From Lingula anatina (taxonomy: Eukaryota > Animalia > Brachiopoda): a DNA stretch of 64,000 bases. Location of the stretch: NCBI GenBank assembly GCA_051362555.1, contig CM120640.1, positions 52,244,788 through 52,308,787 on the forward strand. Reading direction: 5' to 3'. Position 1 is the first letter of the stretch. Each line of letters begins with the position of its first letter. Positions 1 to 12,300 of the stretch are shown in pieces. The position numbers were made by a program, and so were the translations under genes. The notes beneath the pieces were generated by a model. That model saw nothing but the letters and a program-made list of their open reading frames with translations. It searched no databases and had not been told where the DNA came from.

Positions 1-85
1 TTTTAGCGTGGCATCAAACAGATGTGTCGATTCCGTTTCATTTCCTTTCCGTCGATCAAAAACAGTGCTAGCGCGGACAGTCATC

Positions 86-204
86 GTCTACGACCATACC
101 ACGTTGAAAGCACCGGTTCTCGTCCGATCACCGAAGTTAAGCAACGTCGGGCCAGGTTAGTACTTGGATGGGTGACCGCCTGGGAATACCTGGTGCCGTA
201 GACA
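86..204 (+). rRNA. 5S rRNA gene (first copy; representative of the array; later copies start 168 nt after each + strand ORF-track start, e.g. 462, 839 ... 25293)
   Basis: GTCTACGACCATACCACGTTGAAAGCACCGGTTCTCGTCCGATCACCGAAGTTAAGC...GTTAGTACTTGGATGGGTGACCGCCTGGGAATACCTGGTGCCGTAGACA. The 5' GTCTAC pairs with 3' GTAGAC (helix I). Box A (AGTTAAGC) and box C (TGGATGGG) of the type-1 Pol III internal promoter are present. Confidence 0.99.
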
Positions 205-206
205 CG

Positions 207-219
207 TTTTTGACATTTT
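207..219 (+). terminator. Pol III oligo-T terminator after the 5S gene (present in every unit)
   Basis: TTTTT at 207-211 and a back-up TTTT a few nt later, directly after the 5S 3' end. Confidence 0.85.
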
Positions 220-309
220 ATTCGTAGCCGATTTCAGTTTCTTTCACTTACCACTTTTTTTTCTTTAAGTTTTCAATTTTTTCCAAATCACAGTTGCGCC
301 GTTGTCTTC

Positions 310-359
310 GTCTATCAGTGCGTCGGGCCACGTCTGGACTAGGATGGAAGACCGCCTGG
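310..359 (+). pseudogene. Degenerate partial 5S copy inside the spacer of every unit
   Basis: 321-359 CGTCGGGCCACGTCTGGACTAGGATGGAAGACCGCCTGG matches 5S nt 60-98 at 32/39 without gaps. It is preceded by GTCTA, which resembles the 5S 5' end. Confidence 0.8.
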
Positions 360-3300
360 CCACCTTTACTTGTCCTTTTTAGCGTGGCATCAAACAGATG
401 TGTCGATTCCGTTTCATTTCCTTTCCGTCGATCAAAAACAGTGCTAGCGCGGACAGTCATCGTCTACGACCATACCACGTTGAAAGCACCGGTTCTCGTC
501 CGATCACCGAAGTTAAGCAACGTCGGGCCAGGTTAGTACTTGGATGGGTGACCGCCTGGGAATACCTGGTGCCGTAGACACGTTTTTGACATTTTATTCG
601 TAGCCGATTTCAGTTTCTTTCACTTACCACTTTTTTTTTCTTTAAGTTTTCAATTTTTTCCAAATCACAGTTGCGCCGTTGTCTTCGTCTATCAGTGCGT
701 CGGGCCACGTCTGGACTAGGATGGAAGACCGCCTGGCCACCTTTACTTGTCCTTTTTAGCGTGGCATCAAACAGATGTGTCGATTCCGTTTCATTTCCTT
801 TCCGTCGATCAAAAACAGTGCTAGCGCGGACAGTCATCGTCTACGACCATACCACGTTGAAAGCACCGGTTCTCGTCCGATCACCGAAGTTAAGCAACGT
901 CGGGCCAGGTTAGTACTTGGATGGGTGACCGCCTGGGAATACCTGGTGCCGTAGACACGTTTTTGACATTTTATTCGTAGCCGATTTCAGTTTCTTTCAC
1001 TTACCACTTTTTTTTCTTTAAGTTTTCAATTTTTTCCAAATCACAGTTGCGCCGTTGTCTTCGTCTATCAGTGCGTCGGGCCACGTCTGGACTAGGATGG
1101 AAGACCGCCTGGCCACCTTTACTTGTCCTTTTTAGCGTGGCATCAAACAGATGTGTCGATTCCGTTTCATTTCCTTTCCGTCGATCAAAAACAGTGCTAG
1201 CGCGGACAGTCATCGTCTACGACCATACCACGTTGAAAGCACCGGTTCTCGTCCGATCACCGAAGTTAAGCAACGTCGGGCCAGGTTAGTACTTGGATGG
1301 GTGACCGCCTGGGAATACCTGGTGCCGTAGACACGTTTTTGACATTTTATTCGTAGCCGATTTCAGTTTCTTTCACTTACCACTTTTTTTTTCTTTAAGT
1401 TTTCAATTTTTTCCAAATCACAGTTGCGCCGTTGTCTTCGTCTATCAGTGCGTCGGGCCACGTCTGGACTAGGATGGAAGACCGCCTGGCCACCTTTACT
1501 TGTCCTTTTTAGCGTGGCATCAAACAGATGTGTCGATTCCGTTTCATTTCCTTTCCGTCGATCAAAAACAGTGCTAGCGCGGACAGTCATCGTCTACGAC
1601 CATACCACGTTGAAAGCACCGGTTCTCGTCCGATCACCGAAGTTAAGCAACGTCGGGCCAGGTTAGTACTTGGATGGGTGACCGCCTGGGAATACCTGGT
1701 GCCGTAGACACGTTTTTGACATTTTATTCGTAGCCGATTTCAGTTTCTTTCACTTACCACTTTTTTTTCTTTAAGTTTTCAATTTTTTCCAAATCACAGT
1801 TGCGCCGTTGTCTTCGTCTATCAGTGCGTCGGGCCACGTCTGGACTAGGATGGAAGACCGCCTGGCCACCTTTACTTGTCCTTTTTAGCGTGGCATCAAA
1901 CAGATGTGTCGATTCCGTTTCATTTCCTTTCCGTCGATCAAAAACAGTGCTAGCGCGGACAGTCATCGTCTACGACCATACCACGTTGAAAGCACCGGTT
2001 CTCGTCCGATCACCGAAGTTAAGCAACGTCGGGCCAGGTTAGTACTTGGATGGGTGACCGCCTGGGAATACCTGGTGCCGTAGACACGTTTTTGACATTT
2101 TATTCGTAGCCGATTTCAGTTTCTTTCACTTACCACTTTTTTTTCTTTAAGTTTTCAATTTTTTCCAAATCACAGTTGCGCCGTTGTCTTCGTCTATCAG
2201 TGCGTCGGGCCACGTCTGGACTAGGATGGAAGACCGCCTGGCCACCTTTACTTGTCCTTTTTAGCGTGGCATCAAACAGATGTGTCGATTCCGTTTCATT
2301 TCCTTTCCGTCGATCAAAAACAGTGCTAGCGCGGACAGTCATCGTCTACGACCATACCACGTTGAAAGCACCGGTTCTCGTCCGATCACCGAAGTTAAGC
2401 AACGTCGGGCCAGGTTAGTACTTGGATGGGTGACCGCCTGGGAATACCTGGTGCCGTAGACACGTTTTTGACATTTTATTCGTAGCCGATTTCAGTTTCT
2501 TTCACTTACCACTTTTTTTTTCTTTAAGTTTTCAATTTTTTCCAAATCACAGTTGCGCCGTTGTCTTCGTCTATCAGTGCGTCGGGCCACGTCTGGACTA
2601 GGATGGAAGACCGCCTGGCCACCTTTACTTGTCCTTTTTAGCGTGGCATCAAACAGATGTGTCGATTCCGTTTCATTTCCTTTCCGTCGATCAAAAACAG
2701 TGCTAGCGCGGACAGTCATCGTCTACGACCATACCACGTTGAAAGCACCGGTTCTCGTCCGATCACCGAAGTTAAGCAACGTCGGGCCAGGTTAGTACTT
2801 GGATGGGTGACCGCCTGGGAATACCTGGTGCCGTAGACACGTTTTTGACATTTTATTCGTAGCCGATTTCAGTTTCTTTCACTTACCACTTTTTTTTTCT
2901 TTAAGTTTTCAATTTTTTCCAAATCACAGTTGCGCCGTTGTCTTCGTCTATCAGTGCGTCGGGCCACGTCTGGACTAGGATGGAAGACCGCCTGGCCACC
3001 TTTACTTGTCCTTTTTAGCGTGGCATCAAACAGATGTGTCGATTCCGTTTCATTTCCTTTCCGTCGATCAAAAACAGTGCTAGCGCGGACAGTCATCGTC
3101 TACGACCATACCACGTTGAAAGCACCGGTTCTCGTCCGATCACCGAAGTTAAGCAACGTCGGGCCAGGTTAGTACTTGGATGGGTGACCGCCTGGGAATA
3201 CCTGGTGCCGTAGACACGTTTTTGACATTTTATTCGTAGCCGATTTCAGTTTCTTTCACTTACCACTTTTTTTTTCTTTAAGTTTTCAATTTTTTCCAAA

Positions 3301-6300
3301 TCACAGTTGCGCCGTTGTCTTCGTCTATCAGTGCGTCGGGCCACGTCTGGACTAGGATGGAAGACCGCCTGGCCACCTTTACTTGTCCTTTTTAGCGTGG
3401 CATCAAACAGATGTGTCGATTCCGTTTCATTTCCTTTCCGTCGATCAAAAACAGTGCTAGCGCGGACAGTCATCGTCTACGACCATACCACGTTGAAAGC
3501 ACCGGTTCTCGTCCGATCACCGAAGTTAAGCAACGTCGGGCCAGGTTAGTACTTGGATGGGTGACCGCCTGGGAATACCTGGTGCCGTAGACACGTTTTT
3601 GACATTTTATTCGTAGCCGATTTCAGTTTCTTTCACTTACCACTTTTTTTTTCTTTAAGTTTTCAATTTTTTCCAAATCACAGTTGCGCCGTTGTCTTCG
3701 TCTATCAGTGCGTCGGGCCACGTCTGGACTAGGATGGAAGACCGCCTGGCCACCTTTACTTGTCCTTTTTAGCGTGGCATCAAACAGATGTGTCGATTCC
3801 GTTTCATTTCCTTTCCGTCGATCAAAAACAGTGCTAGCGCGGACAGTCATCGTCTACGACCATACCACGTTGAAAGCACCGGTTCTCGTCCGATCACCGA
3901 AGTTAAGCAACGTCGGGCCAGGTTAGTACTTGGATGGGTGACCGCCTGGGAATACCTGGTGCCGTAGACACGTTTTTGACATTTTATTCGTAGCCGATTT
4001 CAGTTTCTTTCACTTACCACTTTTTTTTCTTTAAGTTTTCAATTTTTTCCAAATCACAGTTGCGCCGTTGTCTTCGTCTATCAGTGCGTCGGGCCACGTC
4101 TGGACTAGGATGGAAGACCGCCTGGCCACCTTTACTTGTCCTTTTTAGCGTGGCATCAAACAGATGTGTCGATTCCGTTTCATTTCCTTTCCGTCGATCA
4201 AAAACAGTGCTAGCGCGGACAGTCATCGTCTACGACCATACCACGTTGAAAGCACCGGTTCTCGTCCGATCACCGAAGTTAAGCAACGTCGGGCCAGGTT
4301 AGTACTTGGATGGGTGACCGCCTGGGAATACCTGGTGCCGTAGACACGTTTTTGACATTTTATTCGTAGCCGATTTCAGTTTCTTTCACTTACCACTTTT
4401 TTTTCTTTAAGTTTTCAATTTTTTCCAAATCACAGTTGCGCCGTTGTCTTCGTCTATCAGTGCGTCGGGCCACGTCTGGACTAGGATGGAAGACCGCCTG
4501 GCCACCTTTACTTGTCCTTTTTAGCGTGGCATCAAACAGATGTGTCGATTCCGTTTCATTTCCTTTCCGTCGATCAAAAACAGTGCTAGCGCGGACAGTC
4601 ATCGTCTACGACCATACCACGTTGAAAGCACCGGTTCTCGTCCGATCACCGAAGTTAAGCAACGTCGGGCCAGGTTAGTACTTGGATGGGTGACCGCCTG
4701 GGAATACCTGGTGCCGTAGACACGTTTTTGACATTTTATTCGTAGCCGATTTCAGTTTCTTTCACTTACCACTTTTTTTTCTTTAAGTTTTCAATTTTTT
4801 CCAAATCACAGTTGCGCCGTTGTCTTCGTCTATCAGTGCGTCGGGCCACGTCTGGACTAGGATGGAAGACCGCCTGGCCACCTTTACTTGTCCTTTTTAG
4901 CGTGGCATCAAACAGATGTGTCGATTCCGTTTCATTTCCTTTCCGTCGATCAAAAACAGTGCTAGCGCGGACAGTCATCGTCTACGACCATACCACGTTG
5001 AAAGCACCGGTTCTCGTCCGATCACCGAAGTTAAGCAACGTCGGGCCAGGTTAGTACTTGGATGGGTGACCGCCTGGGAATACCTGGTGCCGTAGACACG
5101 TTTTTGACATTTTATTCGTAGCCGATTTCAGTTTCTTTCACTTACCACTTTTTTTTTCTTTAAGTTTTCAATTTTTTCCAAATCACAGTTGCGCCGTTGT
5201 CTTCGTCTATCAGTGCGTCGGGCCACGTCTGGACTAGGATGGAAGACCGCCTGGCCACCTTTACTTGTCCTTTTTAGCGTGGCATCAAACAGATGTGTCG
5301 ATTCCGTTTCATTTCCTTTCCGTCGATCAAAAACAGTGCTAGCGCGGACAGTCATCGTCTACGACCATACCACGTTGAAAGCACCGGTTCTCGTCCGATC
5401 ACCGAAGTTAAGCAACGTCGGGCCAGGTTAGTACTTGGATGGGTGACCGCCTGGGAATACCTGGTGCCGTAGACACGTTTTTGACATTTTATTCGTAGCC
5501 GATTTCAGTTTCTTTCACTTACCACTTTTTTTTCTTTAAGTTTTCAATTTTTTCCAAATCACAGTTGCGCCGTTGTCTTCGTCTATCAGTGCGTCGGGCC
5601 ACGTCTGGACTAGGATGGAAGACCGCCTGGCCACCTTTACTTGTCCTTTTTAGCGTGGCATCAAACAGATGTGTCGATTCCGTTTCATTTCCTTTCCGTC
5701 GATCAAAAACAGTGCTAGCGCGGACAGTCATCGTCTACGACCATACCACGTTGAAAGCACCGGTTCTCGTCCGATCACCGAAGTTAAGCAACGTCGGGCC
5801 AGGTTAGTACTTGGATGGGTGACCGCCTGGGAATACCTGGTGCCGTAGACACGTTTTTGACATTTTATTCGTAGCCGATTTCAGTTTCTTTCACTTACCA
5901 CTTTTTTTTTCTTTAAGTTTTCAATTTTTTCCAAATCACAGTTGCGCCGTTGTCTTCGTCTATCAGTGCGTCGGGCCACGTCTGGACTAGGATGGAAGAC
6001 CGCCTGGCCACCTTTACTTGTCCTTTTTAGCGTGGCATCAAACAGATGTGTCGATTCCGTTTCATTTCCTTTCCGTCGATCAAAAACAGTGCTAGCGCGG
6101 ACAGTCATCGTCTACGACCATACCACGTTGAAAGCACCGGTTCTCGTCCGATCACCGAAGTTAAGCAACGTCGGGCCAGGTTAGTACTTGGATGGGTGAC
6201 CGCCTGGGAATACCTGGTGCCGTAGACACGTTTTTGACATTTTATTCGTAGCCGATTTCAGTTTCTTTCACTTACCACTTTTTTTTCTTTAAGTTTTCAA

Positions 6301-9300
6301 TTTTTTCCAAATCACAGTTGCGCCGTTGTCTTCGTCTATCAGTGCGTCGGGCCACGTCTGGACTAGGATGGAAGACCGCCTGGCCACCTTTACTTGTCCT
6401 TTTTAGCGTGGCATCAAACAGATGTGTCGATTCCGTTTCATTTCCTTTCCGTCGATCAAAAACAGTGCTAGCGCGGACAGTCATCGTCTACGACCATACC
6501 ACGTTGAAAGCACCGGTTCTCGTCCGATCACCGAAGTTAAGCAACGTCGGGCCAGGTTAGTACTTGGATGGGTGACCGCCTGGGAATACCTGGTGCCGTA
6601 GACACGTTTTTGACATTTTATTCGTAGCCGATTTCAGTTTCTTTCACTTACCACTTTTTTTTTCTTTAAGTTTTCAATTTTTTCCAAATCACAGTTGCGC
6701 CGTTGTCTTCGTCTATCAGTGCGTCGGGCCACGTCTGGACTAGGATGGAAGACCGCCTGGCCACCTTTACTTGTCCTTTTTAGCGTGGCATCAAACAGAT
6801 GTGTCGATTCCGTTTCATTTCCTTTCCGTCGATCAAAAACAGTGCTAGCGCGGACAGTCATCGTCTACGACCATACCACGTTGAAAGCACCGGTTCTCGT
6901 CCGATCACCGAAGTTAAGCAACGTCGGGCCAGGTTAGTACTTGGATGGGTGACCGCCTGGGAATACCTGGTGCCGTAGACACGTTTTTGACATTTTATTC
7001 GTAGCCGATTTCAGTTTCTTTCACTTACCACTTTTTTTTTCTTTAAGTTTTCAATTTTTTCCAAATCACAGTTGCGCCGTTGTCTTCGTCTATCAGTGCG
7101 TCGGGCCACGTCTGGACTAGGATGGAAGACCGCCTGGCCACCTTTACTTGTCCTTTTTAGCGTGGCATCAAACAGATGTGTCGATTCCGTTTCATTTCCT
7201 TTCCGTCGATCAAAAACAGTGCTAGCGCGGACAGTCATCGTCTACGACCATACCACGTTGAAAGCACCGGTTCTCGTCCGATCACCGAAGTTAAGCAACG
7301 TCGGGCCAGGTTAGTACTTGGATGGGTGACCGCCTGGGAATACCTGGTGCCGTAGACACGTTTTTGACATTTTATTCGTAGCCGATTTCAGTTTCTTTCA
7401 CTTACCACTTTTTTTTTCTTTAAGTTTTCAATTTTTTCCAAATCACAGTTGCGCCGTTGTCTTCGTCTATCAGTGCGTCGGGCCACGTCTGGACTAGGAT
7501 GGAAGACCGCCTGGCCACCTTTACTTGTCCTTTTTAGCGTGGCATCAAACAGATGTGTCGATTCCGTTTCATTTCCTTTCCGTCGATCAAAAACAGTGCT
7601 AGCGCGGACAGTCATCGTCTACGACCATACCACGTTGAAAGCACCGGTTCTCCTCCGATCACCGAAGTTAAGCAACGTCGGGCCAGGTTAGTACTTGGAT
7701 GGGTGACCGCCTGGGAATACCTGGTGCCGTAGACACGTTTTTGACATTTTATTCGTAGCCGATTTCAGTTTCTTTCACTTACCACTTTTTTTTCTTTAAG
7801 TTTTCAATTTTTTCCAAATCACAGTTGCGCCGTTGTCTTCGTCTATCAGTGCGTCGGGCCACGTCTGGACTAGGATGGAAGACCGCCTGGCCACCTTTAC
7901 TTGTCCTTTTTAGCGTGGCATCAAACAGATGTGTCGATTCCGTTTCATTTCCTTTCCGTCGATCAAAAACAGTGCTAGCGCGGACAGTCATCGTCTACGA
8001 CCATACCACGTTGAAAGCACCGGTTCTCGTCCGATCACCGAAGTTAAGCAACGTCGGGCCAGGTTAGTACTTGGATGGGTGACCGCCTGGGAATACCTGG
8101 TGCCGTAGACACGTTTTTGACATTTTATTCGTAGCCGATTTCAGTTTCTTTCACTTACCACTTTTTTTTCCTTTAAGTTTTCAATTTTTTCCAAATCACA
8201 GTTGCGCCGTTGTCTTCGTCTATCAGTGCGTCGGGCCACGTCTGGACTAGGATGGAAGACCGCCTGGCCACCTTTACTTGTCCTTTTTAGCGTGGCATCA
8301 AACAGATGTGTCGATTCCGTTTCATTTCCTTTCCGTCGATCAAAAACAGTGCTAGCGCGGACAGTCATCGTCTACGACCATACCACGTTGAAAGCACCGG
8401 TTCTCGTCCGATCACCGAAGTTAAGCAACGTCGGGCCAGGTTAGTACTTGGATGGGTGACCGCCTGGGAATACCTGGTGCCGTAGACACGTTTTTGACAT
8501 TTTATTCGTAGCCGATTTCAGTTTCTTTCACTTACCACTTTTTTTTTCTTTAAGTTTTCAATTTTTTCCAAATCACAGTTGCGCCGTTGTCTTCGTCTAT
8601 CAGTGCGTCGGGCCACGTCTGGACTAGGATGGAAGACCGCCTGGCCACCTTTACTTGTCCTTTTTAGCGTGGCATCAAACAGATGTGTCGATTCCGTTTC
8701 ATTTCCTTTCCGTCGATCAAAAACAGTGCTAGCGCGGACAGTCATCGTCTACGACCATACCACGTTGAAAGCACCGGTTCTCGTCCGATCACCGAAGTTA
8801 AGCAACGTCGGGCCAGGTTAGTACTTGGATGGGTGACCGCCTGGGAATACCTGGTGCCGTAGACACGTTTTTGACATTTTATTCGTAGCCGATTTCAGTT
8901 TCTTTCACTTACCACTTTTTTTTTCTTTAAGTTTTCAATTTTTTCCAAATCACAGTTGCGCCGTTGTCTTCGTCTATCAGTGCGTCGGGCCACGTCTGGA
9001 CTAGGATGGAAGACCGCCTGGCCACCTTTACTTGTCCTTTTTAGCGTGGCATCAAACAGATGTGTCGATTCCGTTTCATTTCCTTTCCGTCGATCAAAAA
9101 CAGTGCTAGCGCGGACAGTCATCGTCTACGACCATACCACGTTGAAAGCACCGGTTCTCGTCCGATCACCGAAGTTAAGCAACGTCGGGCCAGGTTAGTA
9201 CTTGGATGGGTGACCGCCTGGGAATACCTGGTGCCGTAGACACGTTTTTGACATTTTATTCGTAGCCGATTTCAGTTTCTTTCACTTACCACTTTTTTTT

Positions 9301-12300
9301 CTTTAAGTTTTCAATTTTTTCCAAATCACAGTTGCGCCGTTGTCTTCGTCTATCAGTGCGTCGGGCCACGTCTGGACTAGGATGGAAGACCGCCTGGCCA
9401 CCTTTACTTGTCCTTTTTAGCGTGGCATCAAACAGATGTGTCGATTCCGTTTCATTTCCTTTCCGTCGATCAAAAACAGTGCTAGCGCGGACAGTCATCG
9501 TCTACGACCATACCACGTTGAAAGCACCGGTTCTCGTCCGATCACCGAAGTTAAGCAACGTCGGGCCAGGTTAGTACTTGGATGGGTGACCGCCTGGGAA
9601 TACCTGGTGCCGTAGACACGTTTTTGACATTTTATTCGTAGCCGATTTCAGTTTCTTTCACTTACCACTTTTTTTTCTTTAAGTTTTCAATTTTTTCCAA
9701 ATCACAGTTGCGCCGTTGTCTTCGTCTATCAGTGCGTCGGGCCACGTCTGGACTAGGATGGAAGACCGCCTGGCCACCTTTACTTGTCCTTTTTAGCGTG
9801 GCATCAAACAGATGTGTCGATTCCGTTTCATTTCCTTTCCGTCGATCAAAAACAGTGCTAGCGCGGACAGTCATCGTCTACGACCATACCACGTTGAAAG
9901 CACCGGTTCTCGTCCGATCACCGAAGTTAAGCAACGTCGGGCCAGGTTAGTACTTGGATGGGTGACCGCCTGGGAATACCTGGTGCCGTAGACACGTTTT
10001 TGACATTTTATTCGTAGCCGATTTCAGTTTCTTTCACTTACCACTTTTTTTTCTTTAAGTTTTCAATTTTTTCCAAATCACAGTTGCGCCGTTGTCTTCG
10101 TCTATCAGTGCGTCGGGCCACGTCTGGACTAGGATGGAAGACCGCCTGGCCACCTTTACTTGTCCTTTTTAGCGTGGCATCAAACAGATGTGTCGATTCC
10201 GTTTCATTTCCTTTCCGTCGATCAAAAACAGTGCTAGCGCGGACAGTCATCGTCTACGACCATACCACGTTGAAAGCACCGGTTCTCGTCCGATCACCGA
10301 AGTTAAGCAACGTCGGGCCAGGTTAGTACTTGGATGGGTGACCGCCTGGGAATACCTGGTGCCGTAGACACGTTTTTGACATTTTATTCGTAGCCGATTT
10401 CAGTTTCTTTCACTTACCACTTTTTTTTCTTTAAGTTTTCAATTTTTTCCAAATCACAGTTGCGCCGTTGTCTTCGTCTATCAGTGCGTCGGGCCACGTC
10501 TGGACTAGGATGGAAGACCGCCTGGCCACCTTTACTTGTCCTTTTTAGCGTGGCATCAAACAGATGTGTCGATTCCGTTTCATTTCCTTTCCGTCGATCA
10601 AAAACAGTGCTAGCGCGGACAGTCATCGTCTACGACCATACCACGTTGAAAGCACCGGTTCTCGTCCGATCACCGAAGTTAAGCAACGTCGGGCCAGGTT
10701 AGTACTTGGATGGGTGACCGCCTGGGAATACCTGGTGCCGTAGACACGTTTTTGACATTTTATTCGTAGCCGATTTCAGTTTCTTTCACTTACCACTTTT
10801 TTTTCTTTAAGTTTTCAATTTTTTCCAAATCACAGTTGCGCCGTTGTCTTCGTCTATCAGTGCGTCGGGCCACGTCTGGACTAGGATGGAAGACCGCCTG
10901 GCCACCTTTACTTGTCCTTTTTAGCGTGGCATCAAACAGATGTGTCGATTCCGTTTCATTTCCTTTCCGTCGATCAAAAACAGTGCTAGCGCGGACAGTC
11001 ATCGTCTACGACCATACCACGTTGAAAGCACCGGTTCTCGTCCGATCACCGAAGTTAAGCAACGTCGGGCCAGGTTAGTACTTGGATGGGTGACCGCCTG
11101 GGAATACCTGGTGCCGTAGACACGTTTTTGACATTTTATTCGTAGCCGATTTCAGTTTCTTTCACTTACCACTTTTTTTTCTTTAAGTTTTCAATTTTTT
11201 CCAAATCACAGTTGCGCCGTTGTCTTCGTCTATCAGTGCGTCGGGCCACGTCTGGACTAGGATGGAAGACCGCCTGGCCACCTTTACTTGTCCTTTTTAG
11301 CGTGGCATCAAACAGATGTGTCGATTCCGTTTCATTTCCTTTCCGTCGATCAAAAACAGTGCTAGCGCGGACAGTCATCGTCTACGACCATACCACGTTG
11401 AAAGCACCGGTTCTCGTCCGATCACCGAAGTTAAGCAACGTCGGGCCAGGTTAGTACTTGGATGGGTGACCGCCTGGGAATACCTGGTGCCGTAGACACG
11501 TTTTTGACATTTTATTCGTAGCCGATTTCAGTTTCTTTCACTTACCACTTTTTTTTCTTTAAGTTTTCAATTTTTTCCAAATCACAGTTGCGCCGTTGTC
11601 TTCGTCTATCAGTGCGTCGGGCCACGTCTGGACTAGGATGGAAGACCGCCTGGCCACCTTTACTTGTCCTTTTTAGCGTGGCATCAAACAGATGTGTCGA
11701 TTCCGTTTCATTTCCTTTCCGTCGATCAAAAACAGTGCTAGCGCGGACAGTCATCGTCTACGACCATACCACGTTGAAAGCACCGGTTCTCGTCCGATCA
11801 CCGAAGTTAAGCAACGTCGGGCCAGGTTAGTACTTGGATGGGTGACCGCCTGGGAATACCTGGTGCCGTAGACACGTTTTTGACATTTTATTCGTAGCCG
11901 ATTTCAGTTTCTTTCACTTACCACTTTTTTTTCTTTAAGTTTTCAATTTTTTCCAAATCACAGTTGCGCCGTTGTCTTCGTCTATCAGTGCGTCGGGCCA
12001 CGTCTGGACTAGGATGGAAGACCGCCTGGCCACCTTTACTTGTCCTTTTTAGCGTGGCATCAAACAGATGTGTCGATTCCGTTTCATTTCCTTTCCGTCG
12101 ATCAAAAACAGTGCTAGCGCGGACAGTCATCGTCTACGACCATACCACGTTGAAAGCACCGGTTCTCGTCCGATCACCGAAGTTAAGCAACGTCGGGCCA
12201 GGTTAGTACTTGGATGGGTGACCGCCTGGGAATACCTGGTGCCGTAGACACGTTTTTGACATTTTATTCGTAGCCGATTTCAGTTTCTTTCACTTACCAC

